A DNA stretch of 64,000 bases from Eubacteriales bacterium. GTDB taxonomy: Bacteria; Bacillota; Clostridia; Oscillospirales; JAAYXM01. The stretch lies in the NCBI GenBank assembly GCA_045595365.1, contig JAZOAI010000011.1, positions 12,706-76,705 of the forward strand, written 5' to 3'. The notes beneath the pieces were generated by a model. That model saw nothing but the letters and a program-made list of their open reading frames with translations. It was not told the DNA's origin and did not search any database. Within the stretch, counting starts at the first letter, position 1; each line of letters begins with the position of its first letter. This document shows positions 58,678 through 64,000 of this stretch, piece by piece. The translations under genes and the position numbers were made by a program.

Positions 58678-60060
58678 ATGAGTAAAGGACTTGAAAATTT
58701 CCTTGAGAGTATGCGGGGGAAGCGATGCGCCGTAATCGGGATGGGCGTCAGCAATACTCCGCTTATACGATTGTTGCTTACAAGTGGTGCAAAGGTTTTG
58801 ATTTGTGATAAAAAGACGGAACACGAGGATATGCTCGTTAAAGAATTTGGTGGCCTTGGTGCAGACTTTTGCTTTGGTGACGAATATCTTTCAAACCTTA
58901 ATGATGTTGATGTTATTTTTAAAACTCCGGGAATGAGGTATGATGTGCCGGAGCTTCTTGTTGCTGAAAAAGTCGGAACCGTTATAACTACCGAAATGGA
59001 ACAGTTTTTAAAGCTGTGTCCGTGCAAGTGTATCGGCGTTACGGGAAGCGACGGAAAAACAACCACAACGACCATAATAGGAAAGCTTCTTGAAGCATCT
59101 CAAAAAAGATGTTTTGTCGGGGGTAACATAGGAAAGCCGTTGCTTCCGGAGGTGGATACAATGGAAGCCTCTGATTTTGCGGTTGTTGAGCTGTCGTCAT
59201 TCCAGCTGATGAACATAAAGTTCAGCCCCGAAATATCGGTTATAACAAACATAACTCCGAACCATCTTGATGTTCACAAATCATTTGAAGAATACATCGA
59301 AGCAAAAAAGGAAATCTTCCGCCATTCGTCAGGCAGAGTTGTTTTGAACTTTGATAATGAAGTTACGAAACTTATCGCAGAAGATATTAAAGAAAGAGCT
59401 GTCCTTTTCTCTTCGAAAACTGTTCTGGAGAACGGTTTCTGTGTTGAGGATGGGTATATAGTGAGAAAAAAAGAAGGAAAGTCAGAAAAGATTCTCTCGA
59501 TTTCAGATATAAAGATTCCGGGTATGCACAATGTTGAAAACTATATGGCGGCGATTGCGGCAACCGAAGGGATTGTTTCCCGGGATGACATTGTAAATGT
59601 TGCAAAGAGCTTTGGTGGCGTAGAGCACAGGATGGAGCTTGTCCGTGAGCTTTCGGGGGTTAAATACTATAACGATTCGATTGCTTCAAGCCCGACAAGA
59701 ACAATCGCAGGGCTTTCTGCTTTTGACAGAAAGGTTATCCTGATTGCGGGAGGGTATGACAAAAAAATTCCTTTCGATGTTCTTGGTGATGCGGTCCTGA
59801 AGTATGTGAAAAAACTTATTCTCATAGGCGCAACTGCAGAGAGCATCCGTTCTGCTGTCATAAACGCCGAGGGATATGAAGAAAAAAAAGTGCCGATAAT
59901 TATGTGCGGCACTTTTGAAGATGCGGTTCATACCGCTTCCGAAGTTGCGGAAAGCGGGGATATTGTAACCCTTTCTCCGGCTTGCGCTTCTTTCGATATG
60001 TTTAAAAACTTTATGGTGCGTGGGGAAAGGTTTAAAGAACTTGTCAACTCACTTGTATGA
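58678..60060 (+). CDS. murD: UDP-N-acetylmuramoylalanine--D-glutamate ligase
   Basis: 460 aa with GVTGSDGKTTTTT and the Mur ligase domains. Confidence 0.95.
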   Translation: MSKGLENFLESMRGKRCAVIGMGVSNTPLIRLLLTSGAKVLICDKKTEHEDMLVKEFGGLGADFCFGDEYLSNLNDVDVIFKTPGMRYDVPELLVAEKVGTVITTEMEQFLKLCPCKCIGVTGSDGKTTTTTIIGKLLEASQKRCFVGGNIGKPLLPEVDTMEASDFAVVELSSFQLMNIKFSPEISVITNITPNHLDVHKSFEEYIEAKKEIFRHSSGRVVLNFDNEVTKLIAEDIKERAVLFSSKTVLENGFCVEDGYIVRKKEGKSEKILSISDIKIPGMHNVENYMAAIAATEGIVSRDDIVNVAKSFGGVEHRMELVRELSGVKYYNDSIASSPTRTIAGLSAFDRKVILIAGGYDKKIPFDVLGDAVLKYVKKLILIGATAESIRSAVINAEGYEEKKVPIIMCGTFEDAVHTASEVAESGDIVTLSPACASFDMFKNFMVRGERFKELVNSLV

Positions 60061-61245
60061 TATAAACACGGGGGATTTTTTCAGTGCGCCCCCTTGTTCT
60101 ACAGGTTTTTTCATAAAGAGAGAATAAATATCGTCAGCGCGTTTTTCAAGGGCGAGTAGGCTTTTTGCCGGCTCGCTCTCATTTTTTATCGAAGCGGGTT
60201 TTGTTATGACAGGAATTTCAGAGGAGGTCTTTATTTGCTTAAGAATTGCCCTTCCTGCATCTGAAAAGGCAAGAAGCTTTACATATGGTGGGGGAGCTGT
60301 GACAAGTTCGGATTTTATGTCAAGGAACGCATTAATAAGTATGCGGCGTATTCGGGAGTGCGTATATCGCTTAGTCTTTGCAATAGAAATAGCTTCTTCA
60401 AGTGACGTGCTTGCGGAAACTGCATCAAATAAGCGGTTTTCAAGCCCCTCGGATACATCGGAATATCTTTTGAAATCTTCAGGAGAAAGGCGCTTGAGGG
60501 TGGATAGTATAGAAATTGAAGCGTTGGAGATATTTACAGGCGCGTGCCCGAGAGAAGCTTCGCGATTTAAAATTTCCGCGCAGGAAACGGGGAGGAGGTC
60601 GTTCACATTCTCGTTTTTTAAAATAAGCTCCCGTATATGTGATGCAGAAGAGAATGCCCCTGATGAGGTTTCCGCATCGTGTGCAGTCCCTACGCGTTTT
60701 ATTGCGACGGGAGAAATATCTGATTTGAGAAGAAAAAGTGCTTTCAGGTACTCAACTGCAAGAATGTTGTTGGGAGTTTTAATAAGTTCTGCAAGGGTTT
60801 TATCTTTTTTATAAAGCGCACTTTCTCGCGCCGCGGCATAAGAAACGCCCTTTGAAAGCTCTTCTGTTATTGCGGAATCAAGCTCACCCGAACCAAGCAG
60901 AGTTGCAGCCCTTATAAGCTCATTTATGTTGTCGGTTTCAGCTCCGAAGGCGAGATAAGAAACAACTCCGAGGTTCTCAAGAATTGACACGGCGCCAAAT
61001 GCAAATCGTTCTGCAGAAGATAGAGCATACGGCAAGGGAAGCTCGAGAACAATGTCGGCACCGCAGCGGACTGCGACTTCGGCTCGCGCATGCTTTTGCA
61101 TAATTGCAAGATCGCCGCGTTGAACAAAATTTCCGCTCATTACACAGATTATTGCATCTGCCCCGCGTGATTTAATTTCTTCAAGCTGATACAGATGGCC
61201 GTTGTGAAACGGGTTGTATTCGCAGACAATGCCGTAAATGTTCAT
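60049..61245 (-). CDS. tmcAL: tRNA(Met) cytidine acetate ligase / YlbM-type nucleotidyltransferase
   Basis: MNIYGIVCEYNPFHNGHLYQLEE...SGNFVQRGD. AAAGGAGTG lies upstream of ATG 61245. Confidence 0.85.
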   Translation of the reverse strand: MNIYGIVCEYNPFHNGHLYQLEEIKSRGADAIICVMSGNFVQRGDLAIMQKHARAEVAVRCGADIVLELPLPYALSSAERFAFGAVSILENLGVVSYLAFGAETDNINELIRAATLLGSGELDSAITEELSKGVSYAAARESALYKKDKTLAELIKTPNNILAVEYLKALFLLKSDISPVAIKRVGTAHDAETSSGAFSSASHIRELILKNENVNDLLPVSCAEILNREASLGHAPVNISNASISILSTLKRLSPEDFKRYSDVSEGLENRLFDAVSASTSLEEAISIAKTKRYTHSRIRRILINAFLDIKSELVTAPPPYVKLLAFSDAGRAILKQIKTSSEIPVITKPASIKNESEPAKSLLALEKRADDIYSLFMKKPVEQGGALKKSPVFISYK

Positions 61246-61281
61246 TTTTTCACTCCTTTTGCTAAAAAATTCAAAAAACAC

Positions 61282-61310
61282 TTGCAAAAAGCAACGATAT
61301 AATGTAAAAT
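61282..61310 (+). promoter_or_regulatory. Putative sigma-A promoter of ackA
   Basis: TTGCAA (61282-87), a 17 nt spacer and TAAAAT (61305-10). Confidence 0.5.
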
Positions 61311-61415
61311 ATATAGTGCTGTCTGGAAGGGGCAGCATAGTTATTTATATTTTAACTGCAAAGCCATCATTTTTCAAGATGTGCGACAGAATTAATTTAC
61401 CGGAGGGAATACATT

Positions 61416-62609
61416 ATGAAAATTCTTGTTATAAACGCAGGAAGCTCCTCGCTGAAATATCAGTTTATGGAATCCGAGGGCGGTCAGGTTTTTGCAAAAG
61501 GTCTATGTGAACGTATAGGCATTGATGGCCGTCTTACGCACAAGGTTCCGGGGCGTGATGATGTTAAGGTCGATATAGCTATGCCGACTCACGGCGAGGC
61601 TATTCAGTCAGTTCTCGACATCCTTGTTGACCCCACAAACGGCGTCATAGCTTCTACCGATGAAATTGCGGCTGTCGGCCATAGAGTTCTCCACGGCGGT
61701 ATGGAATTCACTGCAAGCTGCCTTGTAGATGATGCTTGCATCGCTGCAATCGAAAAGTGCATCCCGCTCGGCCCGCTTCATAACCCGGCAAACCTTATGG
61801 GAATCCGCGCTTGTCAGAAGGTTATGCCGACAACTCCGCAGGTCGCGGTTTTTGATACTGCGTTCCATATGACAATGCCGCCCAAGGCTTACATATACCC
61901 GATCCCGTATGAATATTATGAGAAGGATGACGTTCGCCGCTACGGTTTCCACGGAACAAGCCACCGCTATGTTTCTGCACGTGCGATAGATATGCTCGGA
62001 AACCCCGAACACAGCCGCGTTATCTGCTGCCACCTCGGAAACGGCTCATCTCTTTCTGCTGTTGTTGACGGCAAATGCCAGGATACAAGTATGGGTCTTG
62101 GTCCGCTCGCAGGCTTTCTTATGGGTACCCGCGCCGGAGACATTGACGCAACAATCCTTGAATACCTTATGGGGCGTTACGGGTATGATATCAAGGAAAT
62201 GAACAACATCCTCAACAAGAAGTCCGGTGTTCTCGGAATTTCCGGTGTAAGCTCCGACTTCCGCGACCTCGACGAGGCTGCTGCAAACGGAAATGAGCGC
62301 GCAAGACTTGCTCTTGACAAGTTTATTTACGACGTAAAGAAGTTTATCGGTGCGTACGCCACTGCTATGGGCGGAGTTGACGCTATCGTATTCACTGCCG
62401 GTATCGGAGAAAACTCCACTGACCTTCGCCGTGACATATGCTCAGGTCTTGAATATATGGGTGTTAAGATTGATGAGGAAAAGAACAAAGTCCGCGGAAA
62501 AGAAGTTGATGTTTCTGCAAGCGATTCGAAGGTTAAGATATTCATTATCCCGACAAACGAAGAGCTTATGATAGCAAAGGATACGGAAGAAATCGTAAAA
62601 GCACTTTAA
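61416..62609 (+). CDS. ackA: Acetate kinase
   Basis: MKILVINAGSSSLKYQ...GFHGTSH...IVFTAGIGENS. Confidence 0.97.
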   Translation: MKILVINAGSSSLKYQFMESEGGQVFAKGLCERIGIDGRLTHKVPGRDDVKVDIAMPTHGEAIQSVLDILVDPTNGVIASTDEIAAVGHRVLHGGMEFTASCLVDDACIAAIEKCIPLGPLHNPANLMGIRACQKVMPTTPQVAVFDTAFHMTMPPKAYIYPIPYEYYEKDDVRRYGFHGTSHRYVSARAIDMLGNPEHSRVICCHLGNGSSLSAVVDGKCQDTSMGLGPLAGFLMGTRAGDIDATILEYLMGRYGYDIKEMNNILNKKSGVLGISGVSSDFRDLDEAAANGNERARLALDKFIYDVKKFIGAYATAMGGVDAIVFTAGIGENSTDLRRDICSGLEYMGVKIDEEKNKVRGKEVDVSASDSKVKIFIIPTNEELMIAKDTEEIVKAL

Positions 62610-62621
62610 TTTTTAAAGATT

Positions 62622-62665
62622 AAAAATCTCCCGCAATACAGAAAGGTATTGCGGGAGATTTTTTC
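62622..62665. terminator. Bidirectional terminator after ackA and the DUF378 gene
   Basis: AAAAATCTCCCGCAATAC-agaaag-GTATTGCGGGAGATTTTTT. Confidence 0.88.
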
Positions 62666-62690
62666 ATAAAAGTGCAGAATTCGGATTCTG

Positions 62691-62924
62691 TTACATATGT
62701 CCTCTTTCTTTGTGCGTTGTCATAACCGCATCGTCACGGAAGAAGAGAGAGATGCACCAGATGCCGCCAAGAGCTACGAGCGTATAGATGATTCTGCTGA
62801 GGATTGCACCCTGGCCGCCGAAAATAGCAGCGACGATATCAAACTGGAACAAACCTATTGAACCCCAGTTGAGCGCGCCGACTATTGTGAGAAGAAGTGC
62901 GATTCTGTCAAACATATTTTTCAA
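62691..62924 (-). CDS. DUF378-family small membrane protein
   Basis: 77 aa with IALLLTIVGALNWGSIGLFQFDIVAAIFGG. Confidence 0.8.
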   Translation of the reverse strand: MKNMFDRIALLLTIVGALNWGSIGLFQFDIVAAIFGGQGAILSRIIYTLVALGGIWCISLFFRDDAVMTTHKERGHM

Positions 62925-63104
62925 CTCCTTAATTCTTGTATTTTAGGCTACATAAGAAGTATTCCAGATATGCGCCTATGTAATTCGTGAATTATATTGC
63001 AATATTTGGAATTAAATTAAAAAACGGGAAAATTTGTATAGACTTTTTGACAAATTTATGTTTAAATATATAGTATGTAGTTTTATGTAATGGAGTTGAA
63101 ATTT

Positions 63105-64000
63105 ATGAAGCTTATAAATGTAAGAGAGCTGTTTAACTCACCAAACAATTTTTCTGAAAAATCTGTAACCGTCGGTGGTTGGGTCCGTACGGTTCGTGAC
63201 TCAAAAGTGTTTGGTTTTATAGAGCTTAATGACGGCTCATATTTTAAAAGCGTTCAGGTTGTTATAGATGACTCGCTTGAGAACTTTTCTGAGCTTGTTC
63301 ATTTGAATGTCGGAAGCGCTGTTGTAGTAACGGGAAGGTTCATCCTGACGCCAGACGCAAAACAGCCGTTTGAAATCAAAGCAGAGAAGGTCAGCATTGA
63401 AGGCGAATCTGCCCCTGACTATCCTCTGCAGAAGAAAAGACATTCGCTTGAGTTTTTGAGAACTATCTCTTATCTCCGCCCGAGAACAAATACCTTCTCG
63501 GCAGTGTTCAGAGTGAGAAGTGAAGCGGCATACGCAATTCACAAGTTCTTTAACGAGCGCGGATTTGTATATGCACATACCCCGATTATAACGGGCAGTG
63601 ACTGCGAGGGAGCAGGTGAGATGTTCAAAATCTCAACTCTCGATATGGAAAACCCGCCGCGTGATGAAAATGGAAAGGTTGACTACTCAAAGGATTTCTT
63701 CGGCAGGGAAGCAAGCCTTACCGTTTCCGGCCAGCTCGAGGCGGAGACCTTCGCGCTCGCGTTCGGAAAAACCTACACCTTCGGGCCTACCTTCCGCGCA
63801 GAAAACTCGAACACTGCGCGCCACGCAGCTGAGTTCTGGATGATAGAGCCTGAAATTGCTTTTGCGGATTTAAACGACGATATGGAGCTTGCAGAAGCAA
63901 TGGTCAAGTATGTTATCGGCCACGTTCTTGATAATTGCAAGGAGGAAATGAATTTCTTCAACAGCTTTGTTGATAAAGGCCTCATAGAGCGCCTTGAACA
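63105..64000 (+). CDS. asnS: Asparagine--tRNA ligase (N-terminal about 298 codons; continues beyond the window)
   Basis: Absent from the ORF track because there is no stop inside the window. Hand translation from ATG 63105 gives [10 protein letters not shown]...[25 protein letters not shown]...FRVRS...[17 protein letters not shown]...[24 protein letters not shown], with class IIb motifs. Confidence 0.9.
   Translation, partial: MKLINVRELFNSPNNFSEKSVTVGGWVRTVRDSKVFGFIELNDGSYFKSVQVVIDDSLENFSELVHLNVGSAVVVTGRFILTPDAKQPFEIKAEKVSIEGESAPDYPLQKKRHSLEFLRTISYLRPRTNTFSAVFRVRSEAAYAIHKFFNERGFVYAHTPIITGSDCEGAGEMFKISTLDMENPPRDENGKVDYSKDFFGREASLTVSGQLEAETFALAFGKTYTFGPTFRAENSNTARHAAEFWMIEPEIAFADLNDDMELAEAMVKYVIGHVLDNCKEEMNFFNSFVDKGLIERLE

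Noticed and set aside
62925-63104. A possible T-box leader upstream of asnS.
   Set aside because: The promoter-like TTGACA at about 63049 leaves only about 30-50 nt of leader. No specifier hairpin or T-box sequence (AGGGUGGNACCGCG-like) is present.

Overview
This window is mostly core chromosome from a spore-forming Firmicute of class Clostridia. Gene order and protein signatures look Oscillospiraceae/Ruminococcaceae-like, but the taxon cannot be proven from the sequence alone.

Layout, left to right:
- A UgtP-like glycosyltransferase that runs off the left edge, then spoVG, murC and a CPBP protease.
- A roughly 13 kb, 10-gene purine operon (purE-purC-purF-purM-purN, PurO-type IMP cyclohydrolase, AICAR formyltransferase, purD-purL-fhs). 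It sits behind a sigma-A promoter and what I read as a ZTP (pfl-motif) riboswitch with a terminator platform.
- A lysine riboswitch controlling an NhaC-family transporter, then the spoIIAA-spoIIAB-sigF operon.
- ppa, a DUF212 protein, tex and a small tautomerase.
- A visibly AT-richer accessory stretch (about 24.35-29.25 kb). It holds a membrane-anchored hypothetical protein, a YeiH-family protein, an SNF-family transporter and a ceramidase-like protein. These are separated by modular repeated intergenic sequences and two GC-rich palindromic elements.
- groES-groEL with a perfect CIRCE operator, a THUMP RNA methyltransferase, PBP1A and ylmC.
- rpsB-tsf, ylbJ, rlmB, a catalytically degenerate P-type-ATPase-like membrane protein, era, recO and mutS2.
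- A Crh-like HPr (His15 replaced by Arg), uvrC, rsmD and coaD.
- The minus-strand run mtaB-murB-rapZ-whiA-dnaE-pfkA, then a second truncated HPr-like protein, murD, tmcAL, ackA, a DUF378 protein and asnS (runs off the right edge).

I recognised no tRNA, rRNA, CRISPR array, transposase or integrase.

The items I consider most worth follow-up are:
- the dead P-type ATPase homologue next to era;
- the cassette-like repeat architecture of the AT-rich insert;
- the Cys-less PurF;
- the two His15-less HPr paralogues;
- a structured rpsB leader;
- a GC-rich element carrying two perfect SD-like AAGGAGGTGGA repeats.

All similarity statements are by-eye motif recognition. No database search was run.
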